Position numbers and translations under genes: made by a program. The notes under the pieces are model-generated. The model was not told the origin of the DNA, searched no databases, and saw nothing but the letters and a program-made list of their open reading frames with translations. From Promethearchaeota archaeon (GTDB lineage Archaea > Asgardarchaeota > Hermodarchaeia > Hermodarchaeales > Hermodarchaeaceae), in the NCBI GenBank assembly GCA_048939625.1, contig JBHLPH010000001.1, positions 149,649-213,648 of the forward strand: a stretch of DNA of 64,000 nucleotides. The letters are read 5' to 3'. This document shows positions 8,375 through 17,243 of the stretch, one piece after another (within the stretch, counting starts at the first letter, position 1; each line of letters starts with the position of its first letter).

Positions 8375-10267
8375 TTAAATCTGCATGATGAGCATGAACG
8401 CCACAAGCAGCGTATAAATAGCAAGGGCTTCCGCTAACACCACTGGCACCATGGACTTACTGAATACTTCTGGTTTATTCACCAAGGCACCTACCATGGA
8501 GGCACCAGCCCACCCAATCGCGACACCTGCGACGAGACCACCAAGGCCAACCGTCAAAGCAGCAGACAATCCCGTAAATGCTGTCGACATTGTTACTGTA
8601 TCCATCCGCATGACTAACATAAAGGCAGCTAACAAACCGTAAATGCCGAGAGCCTCTGCCAGCACAACACTGACCAGCCCTTTACTGAAGGTTTCAGGAG
8701 CAAACCGCAGACTAGCACATAACGCAGCACCACCAAGCCCAATACCAATCCCTCCACCCAAAGCGGCAAGGGAAATTGAAGATCCCGCAGATATTGCCAT
8801 AATTCCTTGCGCCATCGCTTGTGCGACATCAGGAGCAGCCGCTACCGTATCGATACGCATCACAACCATAAAGCCAATTAACAAACCGTAAATGCCGAGA
8901 GCCTCTGCCAGCACAACACTGACCAGCCCTTTACTGAAAGCTTCAGGTCGCTCAGCTATCGTTTGACTGAGTGACTCGCCAGCATAAGCAATACCAAAGC
9001 CAGCACCGATACAGGATACACCAATTGCAATACCTGCACCTATACCCATAAGTCCTTGTGCGACAGCGAAGCCGGGATCTGTGCTGAGTCCGTCGATTCG
9101 CATGATTAACATGAAACTTAATAGTAGCCCATAAATGCCGAGGGCCTCTGCTAGCACAACGCTAACAAGACTCTTTGAGAATGCATCTGGGGCCCGGACT
9201 AGACTTCGACTCAACGCACCACCAGCTTTGGAAATACCATACCCAGCCCCAATCGCGGCGAGTCCTATAGCCATGCCTGCAGCGAGACCTACTAATCCCT
9301 CCCCAAACAAAGCGACCTGCTCTATTCGCATTAGCAACATGAAACTTGCTAATAAGCCGTAAATTCCCAAGGCCTCTGCCAGCACCACGGCGACTAAGCC
9401 CTTGCTAAATATCTCCGGCTTCTCGACAAGACTATCGGAGAGGGCTTCACCTGCTGAAGCGATACCAATTCCTGCACCAAGTGCTGCTAGCCCTATAGCG
9501 AGCCCAGCAGCCAGTGCAATTGTTCCAGCAGCAAGTTGTTGTTCGAGGGCTCCAGTGATTTGTTCGATTCGCATTAGGAGCATGAAACTTGCTAATAAGC
9601 CGTAAATTCCCAAAGCCTCTGCAAGCACAACACTGACCAGCCCTTTACTGAAGGTTTCAGGAGCACGAACCAAACTCTTGCACAGAGATGAGCCAGATTT
9701 AGCAATTCCAATGCCTGCACCAACCGCAGCGATACCGATTGCAAGTCCTGCGGCAATAGCAATGAGCCCCGCTCCAGGATTCGTAGCCACAGCACCTTCA
9801 ATACGCATGAGAAGCATGAAGCTTGCTAGCAACCCGTAAATGCCAAGGGCCTCAGCTAACACAACTGAAACGAGGGCTTTACTGAAGGTTTCAGGGGCCT
9901 CCGCTAGACTGGTGCACATGCTACTCCCAGCATAGGCAATGCCAATCCCTGCCCCGATGGCTGCAATACCAATCGAGAGTCCGGCTCCGAGGGCAATCAT
10001 GCCTTGGACCATATTGGTGATTGATGGTAGACGCATGAGTATCATGAATGAAGCGAGTAAGCCGTAAATTCCCAAGGCCTCTGCGAGGACAACAGCAATC
10101 ATGCTTTTGCTGAAGGTTTCAGGTTTTTCGGCGATGGTGCCGATCATGGCGCTACCGCTGAAGCCGATGCCGATGGCGGCGCCTGCGGCGCCGAGTCCGG
10201 CAGCCAGGAGCGCGCCGAATGTGGCAAGAACCTGTCCCATGGCTTCTGGGGGTATCAGCTGCAGCAT
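8375..10267 (-). CDS. atpK: A/V-type ATP synthase rotor subunit K/c with eight fused hairpins (~630 aa)
   Basis: Eight copies of a Gly-rich helix + (K/A/R)P(E/D) loop + VVLAEALxIYxLL; likely start MLQLIPP at 10267, 5 nt after the subunit I stop. Confidence 0.93.
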   Translation of the reverse strand: MLQLIPPEAMGQVLATFGALLAAGLGAAGAAIGIGFSGSAMIGTIAEKPETFSKSMIAVVLAEALGIYGLLASFMILMRLPSITNMVQGMIALGAGLSIGIAAIGAGIGIAYAGSSMCTSLAEAPETFSKALVSVVLAEALGIYGLLASFMLLMRIEGAVATNPGAGLIAIAAGLAIGIAAVGAGIGIAKSGSSLCKSLVRAPETFSKGLVSVVLAEALGIYGLLASFMLLMRIEQITGALEQQLAAGTIALAAGLAIGLAALGAGIGIASAGEALSDSLVEKPEIFSKGLVAVVLAEALGIYGLLASFMLLMRIEQVALFGEGLVGLAAGMAIGLAAIGAGYGISKAGGALSRSLVRAPDAFSKSLVSVVLAEALGIYGLLLSFMLIMRIDGLSTDPGFAVAQGLMGIGAGIAIGVSCIGAGFGIAYAGESLSQTIAERPEAFSKGLVSVVLAEALGIYGLLIGFMVVMRIDTVAAAPDVAQAMAQGIMAISAGSSISLAALGGGIGIGLGGAALCASLRFAPETFSKGLVSVVLAEALGIYGLLAAFMLVMRMDTVTMSTAFTGLSAALTVGLGGLVAGVAIGWAGASMVGALVNKPEVFSKSMVPVVLAEALAIYTLLVAFMLIMQI

Positions 10268-10272
10268 TGCTA

Positions 10273-12219
10273 TCACTTCTTGGTGGTTGGTTCGGTGGTG
10301 GTCCATTTATCAGGGAGTTCGAGAGGCGTATACTCATACCCCGTGCCAGCATAGAATTTTAGAAATGCCTCCACCCAAAGTAAACGTAAGCTGTGTATGA
10401 AGGAAAGGAGACCTTCCATGAGGAGGACGAAGACGGAAGCGAGGACGAGCATACCGATAAGCATTACTATAAACATGGTGCCTTCTGTAGCGATTTGGGA
10501 GAGGATAGAATTGATTTCAGCTGCATTGACGCCACCGATAAAGAGGAAGGTTTTGGCGAATCCAGCGTGGGCCATGTTGAGGGCGAGGATTCGAGAGTAG
10601 CTGATAGTGTTGCTGATGCTCTCGATGAGTTTTTCGATACCTTCCATGAATCCTTCCATGAAGCCGAAAACAACGATGCCTCCGATAAACATGATGACGG
10701 CTGGTAATATGAGGAAGAGGACCATGTCGATGATGGGCCAATTCATGAAGTTGATGCCATAGTTAAAGATCATATAGGCGAGACCCCAGAGGAAAGCAAG
10801 CCAGATGATTGGACCAAAGATAGCGTGGCGATAGTCACGGTGGCGGAGTTTGTTAATGGCGCTAAAGCCTATTGCGATACTAAGGTGGATAAAGCCAATC
10901 ATGATACTGAGGACGAAAAGAATCCATGTCGGACTGGCGATATAAGTGGGAAGATGTTCAGGCATTTCGAATGCACTGAACCAGATTTGAGTTGGATGTC
11001 CAAGGGCGCCGCCAGTGACGAGCCATTCGTTATAAGGACTTTCCGCAAGGACGAACCAATTGATGCCACCTTCAAAGTCGAAAAAGCGGAACAAATTGAG
11101 CAGGACATCTCGCATTCCTGTTCCAAAGGGTGATATTTTGAGCTGCTGATACACATACACGCCACCTACTTGGAGACCCGCAATATCGATGCCAAGAAAC
11201 TCAGCGTACAAGAAACCAAAAAAGATAGACGAAATACCCAACATCATTAGGAGCCCTGAGCCCTGTATGAAATAGTTAACCATCTCGCCTGCATCGATGT
11301 TCCGGCGTTTGGCGATGAACCCTAGAGAAGAAAAAAATACAAGCAAGAGTCCATGTCCGATGTCGCCGAACATGAGGCCAAAAAACAGTGGTAGGCTGAG
11401 GAGGAGGAACCAGGTTGGGTCGATTTCGGTGTGGTGTGGGAGACCAAAGGCGTTGGTGAGAATTTGGGCGCTTCGAGCCCATCGAGAGTTTTCCTGTTTG
11501 GTTGGTGGTGCCACGGGTTCTTCGGGAGTAACTGCGCCTTCGAGGGGTCCTGTGTCCCCTGCATAATGTTCTTGTTCGGGTTTGTCAGTATGCTTTTCAA
11601 TTGTGAGGGAGACAGTGGTGTTTCCGTGTTTTTCCAGAATTTTTGTGAATTCTTTCTCTTTTTTTGCAGGAATCCAGCCATACATGACATAAGTGCGATG
11701 GGTTTTTCCGAAGAGGGTTTTAGTTTCTTCGATTTGGTGTTCCCGTTTGACGAGTTCTTCCCATCCAAGTAATTCATATCGGTGTTCTTCGGCGTAGCCT
11801 TCGATTTCTTTTTTTGTGGCCTTTTTGACTTTCTTGTTCCCAGCGGCTTCAGCAGCTTCGAATTGTTTGGTGAGGTCTGTGAAACCGTCTTCAATGGCTT
11901 TGAGTTTTTTTTCCATGGTTTCGAAGTAGGCTTGATCAGGGATGTCTGGAACTTCTAGGCGGTGTTTGGCTGATCCGCCTCGATAAACCTGCATATCAGT
12001 CATGAGAGAGGTGAGGCGAGTTAGTAGATTGGATAGGTAATAGAAACGTTCAGAAGCTTCAACTGGAGCGAGAGCTTTAAGGTGTTTTTTCTGACTTTCT
12101 TTCACGTCGGAAAAGTGGACGAGTTCGGTGCTTGCCAGGAGGCGCAATGTTGCATCCATATCAGTGTCTAGTACCACGGCTGTGAGGTTACTCATTTTCG
12201 CTGGGAGCATCGGAGCCAA
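10273..12219 (-). CDS. atpI: A/V-type ATP synthase subunit I/a
   Basis: GWIP, PPT, EIDP, FFGLMFGDIGHG, NTISYSRILAL (essential Arg), IHSLRL-WVEAFLKFY motifs. Confidence 0.95.
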   Translation of the reverse strand: MAPMLPAKMSNLTAVVLDTDMDATLRLLASTELVHFSDVKESQKKHLKALAPVEASERFYYLSNLLTRLTSLMTDMQVYRGGSAKHRLEVPDIPDQAYFETMEKKLKAIEDGFTDLTKQFEAAEAAGNKKVKKATKKEIEGYAEEHRYELLGWEELVKREHQIEETKTLFGKTHRTYVMYGWIPAKKEKEFTKILEKHGNTTVSLTIEKHTDKPEQEHYAGDTGPLEGAVTPEEPVAPPTKQENSRWARSAQILTNAFGLPHHTEIDPTWFLLLSLPLFFGLMFGDIGHGLLLVFFSSLGFIAKRRNIDAGEMVNYFIQGSGLLMMLGISSIFFGFLYAEFLGIDIAGLQVGGVYVYQQLKISPFGTGMRDVLLNLFRFFDFEGGINWFVLAESPYNEWLVTGGALGHPTQIWFSAFEMPEHLPTYIASPTWILFVLSIMIGFIHLSIAIGFSAINKLRHRDYRHAIFGPIIWLAFLWGLAYMIFNYGINFMNWPIIDMVLFLILPAVIMFIGGIVVFGFMEGFMEGIEKLIESISNTISYSRILALNMAHAGFAKTFLFIGGVNAAEINSILSQIATEGTMFIVMLIGMLVLASVFVLLMEGLLSFIHSLRLLWVEAFLKFYAGTGYEYTPLELPDKWTTTEPTTKK

Positions 12220-12493
12220 TTCTTACACCATCGGTACGGTTGATTCACTTCGGAGTAGGGCTACAGTAACGGTTAGGTAAAAAAGGCTTCCTCTAGTTTG
12301 GGCTCTTGGAATTGCCTAACCCATAACATTTATGTGCAAACTAGAAATCTATCACGCTTGGTGAATTACCATGGGGTATTTAGTTTGCCTTCATTAGCCC
12401 CGCGGTGACACCACAAACCATCTCCTTTTCTGACCAAAGTCGATTATATTCAATTAATGGAAAGAAGAGTAAAGGTATAAAGCCCAGTGGAGG

Positions 12494-14005
12494 ATGGACG
12501 TGGTGACATCGCTTTCTCGTCGTCGAATGTCGTCGGATTTGTTGATTTACAATTCGTTGACTCGAAAGAAGGAACCGTTTGTTCCACTTGAATCGGGCAA
12601 GGTTCGAATGTATACTTGCGGGTTGACCGTGAACTATCTAATGCATATTGGTCATGCCCGAACCTATATTTTCTGGGATGTGGTAGAACGATTCCTAGAA
12701 TATCTAGGGTATGATGTACGTCATGTTTCGAACATCACTGATATCAGTGTAGATGACAACATCCTGAAACGTGTTCGAGCAAGTGGTGAAGCATTTCAAC
12801 AACTTACCACACAGCATACCCAGGACTACTACCAGGATCGCTACACATTGGGAATCCGGAATCCGTATACCTATGCTATTGCGACACAGCATATCCAGGA
12901 GATGATCGAGTTGGTGCAGCAATTACTCGATCTGGGGTTTGCTTATGAAGCAGAAGATGGAGTCTATTTCCGGATTAGTAAATTTCCACAGTATGGCCAG
13001 CTAGCAGGATTAGATCCTGCGAGCTTGAAAGTAGGAGCGAGTGGACGGGTCGATAAGGACCAATATAACAAAGAGCATGCCGGGGATTTTGCCCTCTGGA
13101 AAAGAGCGAAACCTGGTGAACCATTTTGGTATAGCCCTTGGGGACCCGGTCGACCAGGCTGGCACATTGAATGCAGCGCTATGTCCATGAAGTATTTGGG
13201 GACAACGTTGGATATCTCAGGTGGCGGAGAAGACAATCTGTTCCCCCATCATGAAAACTCTATCGCCCAGAGCCAGGCAGCTACTGGCAAGCCGTACGTG
13301 CGGTACTGGATGCATGTCCGGCACCTCAATGTGGGTAGAGCAAAAATGTCAAAGTCCACTGGGAACTTCCTGACGGTTCGTGAAGCTGTAGAAGCCCACG
13401 GAGCAGCGACGTTACGACTCTTCCTATTAGCAACACATTACCGTAAACCAATTACTTTTGATCAAAAGGAGGTGGAGCGCAAAGCGCAAAAACTGGATCG
13501 GCTTCGCCAATTGTTAACTCGGTTAAGGAGTCTGACTATGACTCCTTCCAATATCACTGAGGATAAATCCAAAGAAGCTCGCGTCGTATCGAAGAGTCGT
13601 GAAAGGTTTATTGCAGCCTTATTAGATGATTTCAATACAGGGCGAGCGGTTAATCACTTCTTTGGCCTGGTAAATCAGGTCTACGGTCAACTTGAAACGG
13701 ACCCCGATTTCAATATCGCAACAGCTCATGCATTACTCAACTTCTTCGGTGAAGCAGGCCGTATTTTGCTTGGTGACCTCTACATCCGAGAAATCCTACC
13801 CAAGGCGGATCCGATAATCAAATCCTTGGTCGAGTTATTGTTGAGTGAACGGGCACGGTTACGGAATCAGAAACACTATCAAGAAGCTGATGCCATCCGG
13901 GTAAAGCTTCAAGAAGTTGGATTCAAGGTAACCGATACAAAAGATCGAACACTTTGGTGGAAGAAGTCAGTGAATCAAAAGGAAAAATCTAGAGACGCCC
14001 ACTGA
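12494..14005 (+). CDS. cysS: Cysteinyl-tRNA synthetase (divergent active-site residues)
   Basis: MYTCG, HIGH, DFALWK, GRPGWHIECSAM, KMSKS, DDFNT, C-terminal ADAIR anticodon domain; true start may be ~12527. Confidence 0.85.
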   Translation: MDVVTSLSRRRMSSDLLIYNSLTRKKEPFVPLESGKVRMYTCGLTVNYLMHIGHARTYIFWDVVERFLEYLGYDVRHVSNITDISVDDNILKRVRASGEAFQQLTTQHTQDYYQDRYTLGIRNPYTYAIATQHIQEMIELVQQLLDLGFAYEAEDGVYFRISKFPQYGQLAGLDPASLKVGASGRVDKDQYNKEHAGDFALWKRAKPGEPFWYSPWGPGRPGWHIECSAMSMKYLGTTLDISGGGEDNLFPHHENSIAQSQAATGKPYVRYWMHVRHLNVGRAKMSKSTGNFLTVREAVEAHGAATLRLFLLATHYRKPITFDQKEVERKAQKLDRLRQLLTRLRSLTMTPSNITEDKSKEARVVSKSRERFIAALLDDFNTGRAVNHFFGLVNQVYGQLETDPDFNIATAHALLNFFGEAGRILLGDLYIREILPKADPIIKSLVELLLSERARLRNQKHYQEADAIRVKLQEVGFKVTDTKDRTLWWKKSVNQKEKSRDAH

Positions 14006-14024
14006 AGGTGGGCGTTAAAGTTAC

Positions 14025-15644
14025 TTAGGCTGTTGGAATGGGTGGTAGCGGAAGAGCTCCAGCGGCTTGTAATGCAAAGTCGACAAAGACACCGGGGAAG
14101 AGGCCAAAGAGGATGATGAAAATCATTAGCACTCCTATGACGAAGAGAAAGAGCCAGTGAGGGCGTTTCGCTGTAGCGGCTTCGGGGCTAGGTTCTGAGA
14201 AGACAAGGAATTGAATCATTCGCAAGTAATAGACGACACTGAAGGCACTCATCAGAACCATGATGATGGTGGCAAGGTAAGCGCTTGCGACGATTGAGCC
14301 CCAGATGATGTAGAATTTACTATAGAAGCCAACTAGTGGTGGGACACCCGCAAGGGAAAGAGCAGCAATGGTGAAGCAGAACATCACGAATGGCATGCGG
14401 CGACCGACACCTTGCAGTTTATCCAAATCGCGAGTCCCTATTTGGTGCAAGAAAATTCCGGCAATTAAAAAGAGCATACCCTTGGCGAGCATGTGGCTGA
14501 AGATATGGAGTAGGCTTCCGGTCACCGAGTATGTGAGAGCTTCTTGGGGAACCCATGGGGCATGGGGCATCATGGCGACGCTGAAACCAAAGATGATGAA
14601 GCCAACGTTTACTATTGTCGAGTAGGCGAGAAGACGTTTCAGATCCTTTTGGGTTAGCGCCATGAGGTTACCATAAATCATCGTGAAGAGGGCAAACCAG
14701 CTGATGACAGCACCGTAGTAGACGAACAGATATGGGTCGAAGAAGAGGACCAAGAGCCGAATAATCGCATAAGCACCGGTCATGATGACGACCCCACTAA
14801 GCATGGCGCTGATGCCACTGGGAGCAGCTGGATGGGCATCAGGTAACCAAGTAGAGAGTGGGGCGATGGCAGCTTTGACACCGAAACCAATTATCAGACC
14901 AACAATAGCGAAGATAAGAACACCATAAATCGCGGAGGTGGCTGCTGGTGGTCCAACGAGGAGGGCAGCGAGCGCGGGACCAATTTGATAGAGGTTGAGT
15001 GTGCCTGTCAGTCCATAAAGAATGGACATTGTGAATAGGATTAAGGTTGAACCAACAGCACTGAGAAGCAAATATTTGATACCAGCTTCGAGAGGTTCCG
15101 CTTCCTCTCGGCGGAAGGCAACCAGGACATAGCTGCTGATGGACATAGTTTCCCAGAGAATGAAAAGGGTGAAGAAATCACCTGCGAAAACCACTCCAAT
15201 CATGCCACCGACTAGTGTGAGAAGGAGGGCATAATAGAGTGGGAGGCGTGTGTCGTGCTCCATGTATTTAATTGAGTAGAGGGAGACGAGGATTGCAAGG
15301 GTTAGGAAGATAACGGACATATACACGGTTAGCATGTCAATGCGGAAGAAGGTGGCACCGGTTGAGGCATCAAAGGCACCCAAGGGCCAATACCAGATTT
15401 CGATCGGTCCGCTAGTGAGTACCTGCCAGTAAAGCCCTAAAGTTGACCCTCCCCAGAGAGTGGTAATTGAAAGAGGCCAAAATATGATTAGTAGACCTAA
15501 TATGAAGAACAGGGCAGCAAGTACGCCTAAACTTGTCTTGCGTCGGTCCTGCCAGAATTTACCTAGTAACCCAAGGATGAGGGCACCGACGAAAGGTAAC
15601 CAGAGGGGTATGAGTTGAATCCATTCTGTGGGTCCAATTGCCAT
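14025..15644 (-). CDS. Antiporter-like membrane subunit, NuoN/MbhH/MrpD family
   Basis: WETMSISSY, EAGIKY, WLPDAHPAAP, KRLLAYST, GVPPLVGFYSK. Confidence 0.88.
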   Translation of the reverse strand: MAIGPTEWIQLIPLWLPFVGALILGLLGKFWQDRRKTSLGVLAALFFILGLLIIFWPLSITTLWGGSTLGLYWQVLTSGPIEIWYWPLGAFDASTGATFFRIDMLTVYMSVIFLTLAILVSLYSIKYMEHDTRLPLYYALLLTLVGGMIGVVFAGDFFTLFILWETMSISSYVLVAFRREEAEPLEAGIKYLLLSAVGSTLILFTMSILYGLTGTLNLYQIGPALAALLVGPPAATSAIYGVLIFAIVGLIIGFGVKAAIAPLSTWLPDAHPAAPSGISAMLSGVVIMTGAYAIIRLLVLFFDPYLFVYYGAVISWFALFTMIYGNLMALTQKDLKRLLAYSTIVNVGFIIFGFSVAMMPHAPWVPQEALTYSVTGSLLHIFSHMLAKGMLFLIAGIFLHQIGTRDLDKLQGVGRRMPFVMFCFTIAALSLAGVPPLVGFYSKFYIIWGSIVASAYLATIIMVLMSAFSVVYYLRMIQFLVFSEPSPEAATAKRPHWLFLFVIGVLMIFIILFGLFPGVFVDFALQAAGALPLPPIPTA

Positions 15645-15660
15645 CTTTTTTCAGCCTCCA

Positions 15661-17232
15661 TTATGGGGGAACTAAGGGGAACCCTGGTGGGAACCAGGGG
15701 AGTTGTTGTGTGAATGCTGTGAAAAGCGGGTTCACCACGATCATTGGCCAAATTCCAATGATAATGATAAGCGCCGCTAGTAGGAGCATGGAAAGTCGCA
15801 TGATCCATGGACTCTCAGTGATATTTTCCAAGTCCGCAGGTGTCTCGCCGAAGAAGACGCGTTTCACAAACCAGAGGACATAGGCAGCGGTTAGGGCTGA
15901 TCCGGCAACCGCGAAGATGAGGAGCCAGATTGTGTACGCAAAAGCAGCTCCGCCGAAGATAAAGAATTCGGAGAAGAATCCTGCTAAGGGAGGAGTGCCA
16001 GCAAGACTCAAGCCTGCAATCAGTGCAATGGTGGCAGTCCAAGGCATTTTCCTCCCCAAACCACCCAATGCGTCGATGTCTCGACCTCGTTGATGACCCA
16101 CCTGAACGATGAGGACACCTGCAACCATAAACAAGAGCCCTTTGCCAAGGGCGTGGGTGAAGATGTGGAAGGCAGCCCCTGTCACGCCAAGAAGGACAGC
16201 GGTTCCGAGTCCGAAGAAGATGTAACCCATCTGAGATATAGATGAGTATGCAAAGAGCCGTTTCGTGTCCTTTTGAGCCAGCGCCATTGCTCCACCGTAG
16301 AACATGGTAACGATGCCAAAGATCATAATTACCATCACGAAGGCGCCAAAGGCAGGAAGCATATAGCCCATTAAAATCCTGATAATCGCATACGCTGCGG
16401 TGGCAATCATTACACCAGACAAGATTGCACTAATTGGAGTGGGAGCTTCAGCGTGAGCATCGGGTAACCACGAGTGAATCGGGAAGACCGCCATCTTGAC
16501 CGCAAATCCAATGGTAAAGAGGACCACCAATATCTTAGCAAGTTCGAAGAACCCTGCATAGATTGTTGGGACAGGAACCCCAGCAGCCCATATCCAGCTT
16601 AGGTCAATCACTTGGCTGGGTCCACCTACACTTGAGAAGTCAACTAAGCTGAGGGTGGCAACACCATTGATAGCAGATAACGTATACATACCCGCAATGC
16701 CCACGATGATAAGTACTGCACCAACGTGTGTGTAGATGAAGTATTTCAGGGCGATTTTGGTGGATTGAGGTTTGGTGCCCCATTCAGCGATGAGGAAGTA
16801 GCTGGGGATCAGCATCAGTTCCCAGAGGACGTAAAATTGGAAGAGGTTGGTAGCAATCACTACTCCAAAAATGCCCGCATTGTAGAGTAGAAGCAGGGCA
16901 TAGTATTTGCCGTGTCCATGTTCCTTCTGCATGTACACTAATGAATAGATAGTTGCGGCCATGGTGAGTATAATGATGATTCCAGCTACTGTGATACTGA
17001 GTCCATCAAGGAGCCAACCAAAGACGAAGGGTCCCCAAACGAACCATTCGAGGTAGACGCCTGTAAGCGTTGCTTCCCACCATGCGAGGGCATAGGTAAC
17101 AAGACTAACGAGCATAATCACAACTGCAAAGATTCCGGAATAGCGTCCATTACGCCGTCCAATGATGTAAGCAATCAGCGATCCGAATATCATGAGTAAC
17201 ATGGTAATTGAGAGCCAGGGTACGAGCGCCAT
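15661..17232 (-). CDS. nuoM: Antiporter-like membrane subunit, NuoM family
   Basis: WELMLIPSY, KMAVFPIHSWLPDAHAEAP, GTPPLAGFFSEF. Confidence 0.88.
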   Translation of the reverse strand: MALVPWLSITMLLMIFGSLIAYIIGRRNGRYSGIFAVVIMLVSLVTYALAWWEATLTGVYLEWFVWGPFVFGWLLDGLSITVAGIIIILTMAATIYSLVYMQKEHGHGKYYALLLLYNAGIFGVVIATNLFQFYVLWELMLIPSYFLIAEWGTKPQSTKIALKYFIYTHVGAVLIIVGIAGMYTLSAINGVATLSLVDFSSVGGPSQVIDLSWIWAAGVPVPTIYAGFFELAKILVVLFTIGFAVKMAVFPIHSWLPDAHAEAPTPISAILSGVMIATAAYAIIRILMGYMLPAFGAFVMVIMIFGIVTMFYGGAMALAQKDTKRLFAYSSISQMGYIFFGLGTAVLLGVTGAAFHIFTHALGKGLLFMVAGVLIVQVGHQRGRDIDALGGLGRKMPWTATIALIAGLSLAGTPPLAGFFSEFFIFGGAAFAYTIWLLIFAVAGSALTAAYVLWFVKRVFFGETPADLENITESPWIMRLSMLLLAALIIIIGIWPMIVVNPLFTAFTQQLPWFPPGFPLVPP

Positions 17233-17243
17233 CTTGTATCACC

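Noticed and set aside
8375-10267. Eightfold repeat as a pure assembly artefact or a CRISPR-like array
   Set aside because: Repeats are in frame, differ in length and in most of their sequence, and encode a coherent protein; only short tracts are identical.
10267-10306. Fusion or read-through of subunit a into subunit c, and the 13-aa N-terminal extension in the ORF track
   Set aside because: The two genes are in different frames; the ATG at 10267 follows the atpI stop with an RBS-like GAAGTGA.
12358-12432. tRNA, SECIS or H/ACA RNA
   Set aside because: No cloverleaf or T-loop; the SECIS-like GA pairs lack a proper upper stem and a selenoprotein context; the pseudouridylation pocket would be too small.
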